The notes under the pieces: generated by a model
Told to the model about the DNA's origin: nothing
Database searches by the model: none
What the model saw: only the letters and a program-made list of their open reading frames with translations
NCBI GenBank assembly: GCA_963665775.2
Contig: CAXXTF010000002.1
Coordinates: 640,001-704,000, forward strand
Direction: 5' to 3'
Origin: Dehalococcoidia bacterium
GTDB lineage: Bacteria > Chloroflexota > Dehalococcoidia > SM23-28-2 > RBG-16-64-32
Length of the DNA: 64,000 bases
Shown: in pieces, positions 46,094 to 55,750 of the stretch
How positions within the stretch are numbered: position 1 is the first letter of the stretch
How the letters are laid out: each line of letters begins with the position of its first letter
Made by a program: the position numbers and the translations under genes

Positions 46094-47678
46094 GCTGGGC
46101 TCCCCTGCGAAACACGACGTGGCGGCGCCAGGCATCGGAAGGCTGGGGAAAGTCGCTGCGGTAATGGGCGCCCCGGGACTCCTGGCGGAGCAGAGCGGCT
46201 TCGGTCACCAGGCGGCCGCAGACCAGGAGGTCGGCCAGCTCCTGCGAGCGGCGGTCGACAGGCGGTTCCAGGACGCCATGCCAGGCGGCGAGGACAGCCT
46301 TGGCGCGCGAGAGGGATGCGGCATCGCGGACGATTCCGACATCCTCCCACATGAGCGCCTGGAGGGCTTCGCGGCTGAGGGATGGGGCCTCGGCGCTAGC
46401 CGGGCAGCCTAGGTCGATCGCCTCCGGTATGGTAGGAAGGGAGCCGTTGGGAGACTGGAGCGTGCGCAATATGACCCGCTTCGCGAATACGACCGTCTCC
46501 AAAAGCGAGTTGGAGGCGAGCCGATTGGCGCCGTGGACGCCCGTGCAGGCGCACTCGCCACAGGCGTAGAGGCCCGCCAGCGTAGACTCCCCCCAAACGC
46601 TGGTCCGGATACCACCCATCGTGTAGTGGGCGGCCGGCGAGACGGGGATCGGCTGGCTCGTGATGTCGAGGCCGTGGTCCAGGCAGAAACGGTAGATCTG
46701 GGGAAAACGGGCGACGACACGAGCGGAGTCCAGATGTGTCACGTCCAGAAGAACGTGATCGGCGGCGCTCCCCTGCATTCGGTCGACGATAGCGCGGGCT
46801 ACCACGTCGCGGGGGGCGAGTTCCGCCTGCGCGTGGTATTCCGGCATGAAACGGACGCCGCCGGCATCGCGCAGGACCCCACCCTCGCCGCGGACCGCCT
46901 CGGAGATCAGGAAGGGCTGAACGCCGGGCAGGCGGAGCGCGGTAGGGTGGAACTGGAAGAACTCCATGTCCATCACCTCGGCCCCGGCGCCGTAGGCGAG
47001 AGCGATGCCATCGCCCGTGGCGACCTGCGGGTTGGTGGAAACCCGATAGAGCTGCCCGGCCCCACCGGTAGCCAGAACCAGATGACGGCAGGCATAGTCC
47101 GTGCTCTCCCCGCTGCCCTCGTCCAGGGCCCGGATTCCGCGAACCGCTCGTCCTGAGCCTGTCGAAGGACCTCCCACCAGGATCTCGGCGGCCAGGGTGT
47201 ACTCCAGGATGGTGATGCCGGACAGCCGGGCCAGCGATGAGAGCGTGAGCTCGATGTGGGAGCCGGTGGAGTCGCCTCCGGCATGGAGGACGCGGGGGAC
47301 GGAGTGGGCTCCCTCGCGGGCCAGGTCGATCTCACCGTGCAGGGTGTCGAAGGGGACGCCCAGCCGCACCAGGTCGTCGATGCGGTCGGCGGCCTCGGTG
47401 GTGAGGACGCGCCCCGCCTCCTCGTCCACGAGGCCGGCGCCGGCGGCGATGGTGTCCGCCAGGTGCATCTGAGGCGAATCGTCAGGCCCGACAGGAGCGG
47501 CGATGCCGCCCTGCGCCCAGCGCGTGTTGCAGTCCTCGATAGAGCCCTTGGTGAGGACGAGGACGGAGCCCTGCTCCCGGGCCAGCAGCGCCGCGTACAG
47601 CCCCGCTATCCCGGAGCCGACGATGATGTAGTCGTAGAAGGTGGTCATCGGGGCCGTCCCTGCACCCCTTTCGATCAT
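46080..47678 (-). CDS. nadB: L-aspartate oxidase
   Basis: GSGIAG, AQGGIA, QFHPT, SEAVRGEG, HGANRLASNSL, ESRGAHYR. Confidence 0.95.
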   Translation of the reverse strand: MIERGAGTAPMTTFYDYIIVGSGIAGLYAALLAREQGSVLVLTKGSIEDCNTRWAQGGIAAPVGPDDSPQMHLADTIAAGAGLVDEEAGRVLTTEAADRIDDLVRLGVPFDTLHGEIDLAREGAHSVPRVLHAGGDSTGSHIELTLSSLARLSGITILEYTLAAEILVGGPSTGSGRAVRGIRALDEGSGESTDYACRHLVLATGGAGQLYRVSTNPQVATGDGIALAYGAGAEVMDMEFFQFHPTALRLPGVQPFLISEAVRGEGGVLRDAGGVRFMPEYHAQAELAPRDVVARAIVDRMQGSAADHVLLDVTHLDSARVVARFPQIYRFCLDHGLDITSQPIPVSPAAHYTMGGIRTSVWGESTLAGLYACGECACTGVHGANRLASNSLLETVVFAKRVILRTLQSPNGSLPTIPEAIDLGCPASAEAPSLSREALQALMWEDVGIVRDAASLSRAKAVLAAWHGVLEPPVDRRSQELADLLVCGRLVTEAALLRQESRGAHYRSDFPQPSDAWRRHVVFRRGAQHELS

Positions 47679-47680
47679 GC

Positions 47681-48907
47681 TTACCTCACCGTCAGCATGC
47701 GCTCCAGGGCGATGCGAGCGTCGCGGCGGGTCTCCTCGTCCAGCTCCACCCGATTCACGATCCGCCCTTCCGCCAGCTCCTCCAACGCCCAGCAGAGGTA
47801 GGCGGGATGGATGCGGAACATCGTGGAGCAGGGGCAGACCACCGGGTCCAGGCAAAACACCAGCTTGTCCGGGTTCTCGCGCGCCAGCCGGGAGACGAGG
47901 TTGATCTCCGTGCCCACGGCGAACCGCGACCTGGCAGGCGCCTCGCTGATCGTCCTGGCGATGAACTCCGTCGAGCCGTCCAGATCGGCGGCCCGGACCA
48001 CCTCCATCCGGCACTCCGGGTGCACGACGATGGTGATGTCGGGGTGCTCGCGACGGGCCCGCTCGATCTGCTCAACGGAGAAGCGGAGGTGCACGGAGCA
48101 GTGCCCCTTCCAGAGGATGACCCGGGCCCGCTCCAGCTGCTCCAGGGCGTTGCCCCCCAGGGAACCGAAGGGGAGCGTGTAATCCCAGACCGGCATCTCC
48201 TCCAGAGCGATGTCGCGCTTCAGGCCGGTGTTGCGGCCCAGGTGCTGATCCGGGAAGAAGAGGACGCGGCGGCCACGCTGGAAAGCCCAGTCGAAGACCC
48301 TGGGAGCGTTGGAGGAGGTGCAGACAATACCGCCGTTCTTGCCGCAGAACGCCTTGAGGTCGGCCGCGGAGTTCATATATGTGACGGGGACGATGTCGCT
48401 GATGCCGGCTTCCCGTAACTCGTCCCAGCAGGCGTAGACGTCATCGGGGTCCGCCATATCGGCCATCGAGCAGCCGGCCGACATATTGGGGAGAACGACC
48501 ATCTGATGCGGCTGCGATAGGATATCGGCGGACTCCGCCATGAAGTGGACGCCGCAGAAGACGATGAACTCAGCCTCCGGACGCTGTGCCGCCCACTGCG
48601 CCAGCTTGAACGAGTCGCCGCGGACCTCCGCGAACTGGATGATGTCCTCCCGCTGGTAGTGATGGCCGAGAACGACGCAGCGCTCGCCCAGCTCGCGGCG
48701 GGCGGCGGCGATCCGCCGAACGATATCGGCGGCATCCAGGCGCCAGTACTCTTCCGGGATATCCTTCTGCCAGAAGGCGAAGGCGCGCTCCTCGGCCAGG
48801 GGACGGGTCTCCAGGGGGCGATCGGTGGAGCACTCCATCGCCTCGTCCAGGACGGCCTCCTCGGTGACGACGGGGAGCGGCTGTCCGGCTTCGGCCTTGA
48901 TAACCAT
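47681..48907 (-). CDS. nadA: quinolinate synthase A
   Basis: HHYQR, CGVHFMAE, GCSMA, YMNS, HPEC. Confidence 0.95.
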   Translation of the reverse strand: MVIKAEAGQPLPVVTEEAVLDEAMECSTDRPLETRPLAEERAFAFWQKDIPEEYWRLDAADIVRRIAAARRELGERCVVLGHHYQREDIIQFAEVRGDSFKLAQWAAQRPEAEFIVFCGVHFMAESADILSQPHQMVVLPNMSAGCSMADMADPDDVYACWDELREAGISDIVPVTYMNSAADLKAFCGKNGGIVCTSSNAPRVFDWAFQRGRRVLFFPDQHLGRNTGLKRDIALEEMPVWDYTLPFGSLGGNALEQLERARVILWKGHCSVHLRFSVEQIERARREHPDITIVVHPECRMEVVRAADLDGSTEFIARTISEAPARSRFAVGTEINLVSRLARENPDKLVFCLDPVVCPCSTMFRIHPAYLCWALEELAEGRIVNRVELDEETRRDARIALERMLTVR

Positions 48908-48925
48908 TTGCGCAGCCCCTTCTAG

Positions 48926-48946
48926 TTAGTGTATGATCTACACTTT
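48926..48946. promoter_or_regulatory. NrtR-type operator upstream of nadA
   Basis: AGTGT-N7-ACACT palindrome (GT-N7-AC core) between promoter and RBS. Confidence 0.75.
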
Positions 48947-48958
48947 CCTATCGAGTCT

Positions 48959-48987
48959 AGCCTATCATGCCATCGAGAAGGTGTCAA
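48959..48987 (-). promoter_or_regulatory. nadABC promoter
   Basis: TTGACA-17-TAGGCT with TG extension. Confidence 0.6.
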
Positions 48988-49135
48988 GCGAACACGAAGG
49001 GGTATAGGGAGGTGCAAGACGCTGCCGCTAAGAACAGAATAGAGCTGTACAGGCCTACATCCATCGCGTAAACTGGCTGGTACTGTCCGGCCAAACATTC
49101 GCTGAAGGGAGACATGCTATGCGGTTCTTGATTAA

Positions 49136-50841
49136 GCCCGAATCCACCGAAGGACACGGATGGACGGTGTGAGGACAGCGGAAGGGGGTGGGTGAGGGAG
49201 CTACAGGGGAGATGGCCTGGGGTCTTGGGGTAGATGGGAGGCCGGCGGACGGTCTTCAGTCGCCGCACAGGGCCCCTAAGGCCCTATGCGGGAGTTGCGA
49301 TGCGCGGGATGGCGAGAGGATACGCAGCAGGGGACTCTCGCGACCGGGGTGGCGCGAGATTGCGGGGACGTTGGGTCAGTTGCAGGCTGGCCGTCAGGCC
49401 GGGAATGGAATGGCTTGCAGCCGGGCCAAGGCGCGACTGAACTGGGTTTCCCAAGGCCAGCGCCGGGGGAGATGCAAAGTGAGGCGGCGCGCCGAGCGGG
49501 TGATCCGTCCCACGAGAGCGAAGACCCGCCGCCTGAGGGTCTTGGTGGTCACGATCTGCTGACCCAGGCCGATGCGGGCTGTCCAGCGGGCCAGGTTATG
49601 CGCCATCACCTGGACCGCCAGCCAGGCGCCGTTGGCGGCGAAGCGCCCCGACGGCATGTGGTTCAGCCCGACGCCGTACTTGAGGTCGCGTATGGCGTTC
49701 TCGACCTCGGCGTGGCGGCGATGATCGGCCTCCAGTTCCAGCGTCTCCTCATCGCGGTCGGTGATGAAGGCGTGATAGCTGTATCTGGCGAAGAGGGCGA
49801 GCTGGGAACCGGGCGTCGGCTTCACCCGCCGGACAATGAGCCGCACCGGCGCGGCGTCCGGCTTGGTCTGGAACGGGGTGTAAGTCGTCTCGGCGACATC
49901 GGCGGCGCCGTCCATCCAGTAGGGAATGGGAGTCCAGTCCTCCTCTGGTATCGCCTCGATCAGGTCCCGCAGGCTGGCGCGCTGGCGGATGGTGATAGAG
50001 AAGCGGACATCCATTTCCCGGCAGGCGGCAACGACAGTGTGGGCGTAGAAGCCGCTGTCGGCCCGCACCGTGAGTTGTCCCCTGGCCCCGCCGTAGCGCA
50101 CCCGCCCCACCGTCTCACGCAGGAAGTGGGCGGCGCCACGGGCGGTGTTGGCCCGGCCCTCGCGCAGCCGGGACATCAGCACCTCGCCGGTGCCGGCGGC
50201 AATGGCCAGCAGCGGGTGATAGCCGCGGGCGCCGGTATAGCCGTGGTGGCGCGCTCCCTCCTTGGCCAGTCCATAGGTCTCGCAGATGGTCGAGTCCAGG
50301 TCGATGGTCAGGGGCGAGTCGCCGGGTCCGGCCCCAGCGGCCCAGGCCCGGGCCAACAACTGGCGGCTCACGCGGTCGAGTTGACGGACATGCCCCCACC
50401 GGAAGCTGCGCAGGAAGGTCCCCAGGGTGGATGGCGCCTTGACCACGCAGCCTAGAACACCGACCGTCCCACCAGCGCGCAGCGCATCGGCGTCGTCGAT
50501 GCAGTCGCCGCCTGCCAGCGCGGAAGCGACCAGCGTCAGCATCTTGTCCCCAGTGTTCGCCCGTCCCGGCGCTCCGCCGAGGTCAAGGTGATGGTCGACG
50601 AGTTCCCGCAGGCCCAGGTGCCGGGCTAGGGTGGCTGGCAGGAGCAGGCCGGCATTGGCCACCAGGCGATGGTCGTCAAAGAGGATGCGGATACGGTCGG
50701 GTTTGTTCTGTGGCAGCATCTATTGGGTGCTCCTTGTTTCCGGGCTGGTTTCTGTTCCAAAACCATTATCCCAGATTCAGAGGAGCACCCGATGGCTTCT
50801 TCAAGGACTGTCCCCAAGGCCGTCCTTCGGTGGATTCGGGC
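49136..50841 (-). mobile_element. IS1380-family element, second copy
   Basis: Perfect IR GCCCGAATCCACCGAAGGAC; TAA duplicated at 49133-49135 and 50842-50844. Confidence 0.93.
49394..50719 (-). CDS. IS1380-family transposase
   Basis: Close homologue of 15659-16984. Confidence 0.92.
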   Translation of the reverse strand: MLPQNKPDRIRILFDDHRLVANAGLLLPATLARHLGLRELVDHHLDLGGAPGRANTGDKMLTLVASALAGGDCIDDADALRAGGTVGVLGCVVKAPSTLGTFLRSFRWGHVRQLDRVSRQLLARAWAAGAGPGDSPLTIDLDSTICETYGLAKEGARHHGYTGARGYHPLLAIAAGTGEVLMSRLREGRANTARGAAHFLRETVGRVRYGGARGQLTVRADSGFYAHTVVAACREMDVRFSITIRQRASLRDLIEAIPEEDWTPIPYWMDGAADVAETTYTPFQTKPDAAPVRLIVRRVKPTPGSQLALFARYSYHAFITDRDEETLELEADHRRHAEVENAIRDLKYGVGLNHMPSGRFAANGAWLAVQVMAHNLARWTARIGLGQQIVTTKTLRRRVFALVGRITRSARRLTLHLPRRWPWETQFSRALARLQAIPFPA

Positions 50842-51237
50842 TAAGGCATCGTGGGAGGTTGAGGCTGGCAATGCACTTGCGAGGAAAGGCACCTTAGGCA
50901 CGACAGTCCAGTCCATCTTCGCCGACCTCAAGCCCGAGGCGGCGTATTTCCTCGCCGAGAACGGGAAGAGAACGGCGTTCCTCATCGTCGATATGCAGGA
51001 CGCCTCTCAGCTGCCGGCGGTGGCCGAGCCCTGGTTCCTCGCAACCAACGCTACCATCGAGGCCACTCCCGTAATGCTTGCCGAAGACCTGGAGAAGGCG
51101 GGACCAGCTATCCAGCAAGCGGTCGAGAAATACGGATAGGTTCGTCGATTATACATCTCTGTGGGGGCTGCGGTCACCCGGGGGTCGGCCACCTTCCGCC
51201 TGCACGCCCTAAGCTCGCCTAGACCGCTCGCGCGCCC

Positions 51238-51966
51238 CTAGTGCGAGAGCGATAGCAGCTCGATCCCCAGCAGCATCACCGCGAGGTTCAGGTACGCCGC
51301 CCGCGGCACGGACATCGGCTGTCGCGCCTGGTAGACCCGCAGCAGAGCCATCGCTCCCATCGTCAGCCCCAAGATCATGTGCGCGACGGCCGACTGGCTA
51401 TCGATACTCCCATGCAGGTGGAACACGCCGATCTCCAAGCCGCCGGCGATCAACGCTGGCACCACAAGCATATCCGCCGTGCTCCTCTGGATGTAGCCCA
51501 ACCGGTAGCGGGTCTCGAACACTCCTGCCGCCAGCATGATCAGACCGATCGTGAAGTGGATCGGCCGGTCATTCGGCTCCAAGGCGGTGACAACCAGCAT
51601 TCCCGCGCCCAGCGTCATGACGGCGGTGGGCCAGATGAGGGTGCGCAGCCGGCTCCGGTGCCATACACGACCGGCGATCGTCTCCACCAGCAATAAGACG
51701 CCGACGAACAGAAAGCCGGCACCGAACAGCCGATGCGACTCCTCTGGCAGGGGGATATAACCGTGCAGATCGTGCTGTGGGAGGGCGCCGACACCGTCGA
51801 TCAGAGGGGCCAGATTGCCCGCGTCGATTACTCCGTCACCTCCCGCCTCCGTCCCGGCATCTCCGCGGCGACATCGGACGGCTCTTCTTTCGTCATCGAC
51901 TCGAACAGCTCGAGCTCGACATCCTCCGGCTCCGCATGCGCGACCTGTATCGCCACCGGGATGCAT
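51238..51966 (-). CDS. His-containing multi-TM membrane protein (true start probably near 51830)
   Basis: About six hydrophobic segments with interspersed His. Confidence 0.55.
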   Translation of the reverse strand: MHPGGDTGRACGAGGCRARAVRVDDERRAVRCRRGDAGTEAGGDGVIDAGNLAPLIDGVGALPQHDLHGYIPLPEESHRLFGAGFLFVGVLLLVETIAGRVWHRSRLRTLIWPTAVMTLGAGMLVVTALEPNDRPIHFTIGLIMLAAGVFETRYRLGYIQRSTADMLVVPALIAGGLEIGVFHLHGSIDSQSAVAHMILGLTMGAMALLRVYQARQPMSVPRAAYLNLAVMLLGIELLSLSH

Positions 51967-52148
51967 ACGAGCGTGACCAGAATACCGACGATGAGAATCA
52001 GATGAGCGGAATCGAAGATCACGTAGCGGAGCGTGAACTCCGCGGCGCCCGGCTCAACCACTGTCTTCAGCACCACCCACAGCAGGCCGACCGCCTCAAG
52101 GAGCGGACCGAGTATGCCGATGAGTAGCGCCCGTGCCTGCATGGACAT
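51828..52148 (-). CDS. small membrane protein with acidic tail
   Basis: Two TM segments, GGAG SD. Confidence 0.55.
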   Translation of the reverse strand: MSMQARALLIGILGPLLEAVGLLWVVLKTVVEPGAAEFTLRYVIFDSAHLILIVGILVTLVCIPVAIQVAHAEPEDVELELFESMTKEEPSDVAAEMPGRRREVTE

Positions 52149-52391
52149 GGTGGCTCCGCAAGATTATGGCGTAGGCAGGAGATTTGCCGCAAATAGTTTA
52201 GCAGGGACTTATGGAACTGGCAACGCAACAGACCGATCGGCCGGGTAGGGTTCCGCCCGCCACCACTCACGAAAGGCCGCTACGTTCGGTGAGTATAGAG
52301 ACGGGCAGCGCAGTGCTATAATCTCAGGGCCACCGAGTCTTATGTTGAGAGTCGGCACGCTCGAGCGTCTGGTTACGACAATGAGGGCACC

Positions 52392-52685
52392 ATGAGAAAC
52401 CTAGTGCTAGTGACGGGACTCCTGATGGCAGTGGCCACGGTGCTAATGGTGGGTACAGCGATTGTCGGAGCGATAGCGATCCGACGCGCTCTCCCCCCAG
52501 AGCGCCGCGCCAGCATACGCGAAGGCGTCGCCCGGGCATCCGGGAGCATGGTGGATCGCGCGAGAAAGCGAATTCCGGATCAGTTCGCCCCAATAGCCGT
52601 TCCCTCCGGAATCCGCCTCGACCAGGAAATCGCGATAGGCCACCCCGATCGTTACGTTCGCCGCCATAGCGACCTCGCCCATTGA
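52392..52685 (+). CDS. hypothetical single-TM protein
   Basis: GAGGG SD, N-terminal hydrophobic helix. Confidence 0.4.
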   Translation: MRNLVLVTGLLMAVATVLMVGTAIVGAIAIRRALPPERRASIREGVARASGSMVDRARKRIPDQFAPIAVPSGIRLDQEIAIGHPDRYVRRHSDLAH

Positions 52686-52711
52686 CAACGAGTGCAAACT
52701 CCGGCTACATT
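52682..52711 (+). promoter_or_regulatory. sigma70-like promoter of thiolase operon
   Basis: TTGACA-18-TACATT. Confidence 0.5.
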
Positions 52712-52763
52712 CGCATCTGTAAAAGCCCCGACGCCCAATCCAGCTGAAACCAGGAGGTAAGGC

Positions 52764-53933
52764 ATGGCTGACTGGCTACCCCGTGACAAGGTGTGCGTGG
52801 TCGGGATCGGAGAGTCCGTCTACTACAGGTGGGGCCGCTCTCCCGTATCCGAGTTCCGGCTCGCCCTCGACGCGATCATGGCCGCCGTTGACGACGCCGG
52901 CCTCAAGGTCGAAGACCTCGACGGCTTCTCCGCCTTCGCCGGCGACAGGAACGATCCGATCTCTCTCGTCACCGCCCTGGGGATACCCAGGCTCCGCTTC
53001 ACCAATATGTTCTGGGGTGGTGGCGGCGGCGGTGGCAGCGGCGCCGTGATGAACGCGGTTCAGGCGGTTGCCAGCGGCTCCGCCAACTACGTCGTGGCCT
53101 ATCGCTCCCTGGCCCAGGGGCAGTTCGGACGCATCGGGCAGAGCCGGGCGGCAGGCGCGGTTGGGGGCACGACTGCCTTCGCCGCCCCCTTCGGCCTCCT
53201 CGTCCCAGCCCAGAACTACGCCCTACGCATCCGCAGGCACATGAGCATGTACGGCACCACCAGTCGCCAGCTGGGTGCCATCTCCGTGGCCTGCTATAAG
53301 CACGCCCAGCAGAATCCCCGAGCCGTCATGCATGGCCGGCCCATAACCATCGAGGACCATCAGGACTCCCGGATGATCGCCGACCCCTTCCACCTCTACG
53401 ACTGTTGTCAGGAGAATGACGGGTCGGCAGCGATCATCCTAACCACCGCCGAACGGGCCCGCGACTTAAAGCACCCGCCGGTGTACGTCATGGCCGCTTC
53501 CCAGGGGACGGGTTCGCGCCCCGCCGCCGGCGCCCACAACATCGACAACTACGCCACGGCCGGCTTCACGGAGGTGGCCCAGGACCTTTACGCCCGGGCG
53601 GGCGTCGGACCCGAGGATATCGATGTAGCCCAGATCTACGAGAATTTCACGGGCCAGACCCTCATGTCCATCGAAGACCACGGCTTCTGCAAACGAGGCG
53701 AGGGGGGCGCCTTTGTAGAGGGAGGCCGCCTCGAGTGGCCCGATGGTGACCTGCCCCTCAATACCAGCGGCGGCAACCTGGCCGAGGCCTACATCCACGG
53801 CTTCGAGCTGGTCAACGAGGCCGTACGCCAGATGCGCGGCACCTCCACCTGCCAGGTGAAGGACGCCGAGATCTGCCTTGTCGCCAGCGGGCCCGGTGCC
53901 AGCCCCTTCAGCGATATGATCGTCCGGAGGTAG
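52764..53933 (+). CDS. SCP2/Ltp2-like thiolase-fold protein
   Basis: HAQQNPRA, DCCQENDG, YENFT, NTSGGNL, EAVRQMRG; polyGly where the N-terminal Cys would lie. Confidence 0.85.
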   Translation: MADWLPRDKVCVVGIGESVYYRWGRSPVSEFRLALDAIMAAVDDAGLKVEDLDGFSAFAGDRNDPISLVTALGIPRLRFTNMFWGGGGGGGSGAVMNAVQAVASGSANYVVAYRSLAQGQFGRIGQSRAAGAVGGTTAFAAPFGLLVPAQNYALRIRRHMSMYGTTSRQLGAISVACYKHAQQNPRAVMHGRPITIEDHQDSRMIADPFHLYDCCQENDGSAAIILTTAERARDLKHPPVYVMAASQGTGSRPAAGAHNIDNYATAGFTEVAQDLYARAGVGPEDIDVAQIYENFTGQTLMSIEDHGFCKRGEGGAFVEGGRLEWPDGDLPLNTSGGNLAEAYIHGFELVNEAVRQMRGTSTCQVKDAEICLVASGPGASPFSDMIVRR

Positions 53934-53935
53934 TC

Positions 53936-54361
53936 ATGACTTATATGCCAGAGGGGATGCCCCTTCCCGACGTAAACGATCCCGAAACCACAGAGTTTTG
54001 GGCCGCCGCCAAGCGCCACGAGCTTGTCGTACAGCGCTGCACGGACTGTGGCACCTTCCGCCATACCCCCCTTCCCATCTGCCACGTTTGCCGCTCCTTC
54101 TCCTACGAGTGGGTGAAGGTGAGCGGGAAAGGAGTCGTCTTCACCTACACCGTGATCCACAACCCGGTTCACGGTGCCCTGAAGGAGCGCTGCCCCTATA
54201 ACGTCGTTGTGGTGGAGCTGCCGGACGCGGCCAACGTGCGCATGGTGGGGAACCTCATCGACTGCGCCGACGACCAGATCAGCGTGGGGATGCCCGTAGA
54301 AGTGGCCTGGGACGACGTGAACGACAAGGTGACCCTGCCGCTCTGGAAACCCGCTGCCTGA
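53936..54361 (+). CDS. DUF35 Zn-ribbon/OB-fold protein
   Basis: FW..QRCTDCG..CHVC..SGKGVVFTYTV..VGMPV. Confidence 0.88.
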   Translation: MTYMPEGMPLPDVNDPETTEFWAAAKRHELVVQRCTDCGTFRHTPLPICHVCRSFSYEWVKVSGKGVVFTYTVIHNPVHGALKERCPYNVVVVELPDAANVRMVGNLIDCADDQISVGMPVEVAWDDVNDKVTLPLWKPAA

Positions 54362-54377
54362 ACCTGGCAAAAGCCCA

Positions 54378-54635
54378 ATGTACCTGGCCCGCGTCTACGT
54401 CACCCTTAAGCCCACCGTTAACGACCCCCAGGGGCTGACCATCCGCGGCGCCCTCCACTCCCTGGGCTTCGCCGGCGTGAACTCGGTACGCGCCGGTAAG
54501 TACCTGGAGATGCGTCTGGAGGCGGGCGATCGCAAGGCCGCCGAGGCGGAGCTGGCGGAGATGTGCCACAAGCTCCTGGCCAACCCCGTCATCGAGGAGT
54601 ACCGCTTCGAGTTAGAGGAGCTGGCGAAAGGCTAA
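54378..54635 (+). CDS. purS: FGAM synthase subunit PurS
   Basis: LKPTVNDPQG, VRAGK, LLANPVIEEY. Confidence 0.93.
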   Translation: MYLARVYVTLKPTVNDPQGLTIRGALHSLGFAGVNSVRAGKYLEMRLEAGDRKAAEAELAEMCHKLLANPVIEEYRFELEELAKG

Positions 54636-54666
54636 GCGATCTGCTGACCGATGAAGCTCTCCAGAA

Positions 54667-55737
54667 ATGGTCAGCAGCGAGGAGAATCTCTTGACTCAGG
54701 CAGGCCAATCCCCTGAAGAGGCCCAACAAGAAATACAGCTGCAGGCGGTTAAGTTGCTTTCCCAAGTGGCTGGATACGTGGGCGTACGTACTATAGAAAT
54801 CGGGCTGCGCCTTGGACTCCTGGCGGAGATCGGAAGGCATCCGCACGGCATTACGGCCGAGGCCCTGGCGAAGAAGACAGGACTGGATCCCCTGTATACC
54901 CAGGTATGGTGCCGCTCCGCCTACGCCGCCGAGGTCCTAGAGCTAGGCGAAAATCACACGTACGAGCTGGCCCCACACGTGGACAAGCTGCTCTTCGATC
55001 AAGATTTCCCTGGCTACATCGGCGGCGTACCTAGCATCATGGTGCAACCAGAATTTTTCGATCGTTTCGCGGAACACCTCCCGTCCGGCCAGCGCATCTG
55101 GTGGGATCAGTGCAGCCCCACCTTCATCAAGAGCGTCAGTCAGACGGCCCGACCCTTCTATGCCCGCCTCATCCCCGATGGTCTATCCAGAGTCCCGGGA
55201 CTCTCGGATCGTCTGGCCCAGGGCGCTCATATCCTGGACCTCGCCTGCGGCGCCGGGGTCGGCTTGACGCGCCTGGCCCAGACTTATCCTCGCTCTACCA
55301 TTACGGGCATCGACGGCGATGCTTACTCATTGGAATTGGTGGCGGAAGGACTCCGCGACAGTGGGTTGCAAGATAGGGTATTCCTGGCACAGCACATGCT
55401 GGAGGAGATCGATCACAGCGAAGAGTATGACCTGGTCATCATCAACCTCTCTATGCACGAGTGCCGTGATATGGAGAAGGTCACTAGCAACATCCTTCGC
55501 GCCCTCAAGCCTGACGGCCACTTCGTTATCTCTGACTTCCCCTTCCCGGACTCGACCGAAGGATGCCGCACGATCCCGGCCAGGATCATGTGCGGCATTC
55601 AGTTCTTCGAGGCGCTCATCGGCGACCAGCTACTGCCCACCCAGGCCTACGTCGATCTACTTAACAGGCACGGCTTCCGCAACGTCGGCGCCTTCGATCT
55701 CACACCGGTCCACGCCGTCACCCACGGCCAGAAGTAA
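54667..55737 (+). CDS. class I SAM methyltransferase with N-terminal winged helix
   Basis: ILDLACGAG, GID, LKPDG. Confidence 0.85.
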   Translation: MVSSEENLLTQAGQSPEEAQQEIQLQAVKLLSQVAGYVGVRTIEIGLRLGLLAEIGRHPHGITAEALAKKTGLDPLYTQVWCRSAYAAEVLELGENHTYELAPHVDKLLFDQDFPGYIGGVPSIMVQPEFFDRFAEHLPSGQRIWWDQCSPTFIKSVSQTARPFYARLIPDGLSRVPGLSDRLAQGAHILDLACGAGVGLTRLAQTYPRSTITGIDGDAYSLELVAEGLRDSGLQDRVFLAQHMLEEIDHSEEYDLVIINLSMHECRDMEKVTSNILRALKPDGHFVISDFPFPDSTEGCRTIPARIMCGIQFFEALIGDQLLPTQAYVDLLNRHGFRNVGAFDLTPVHAVTHGQK

Positions 55738-55750
55738 GCCGACAGCCGGC

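Larger units (their letters stand above)
49119..51139 (+). pseudogene. small DUF3303-like gene split by IS1380
   Basis: MRFLIK at 49119 joins ASWEVEAGN...KPEAAYF...AEPWF at 50846 once the IS and one TAA are removed. Confidence 0.8.
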
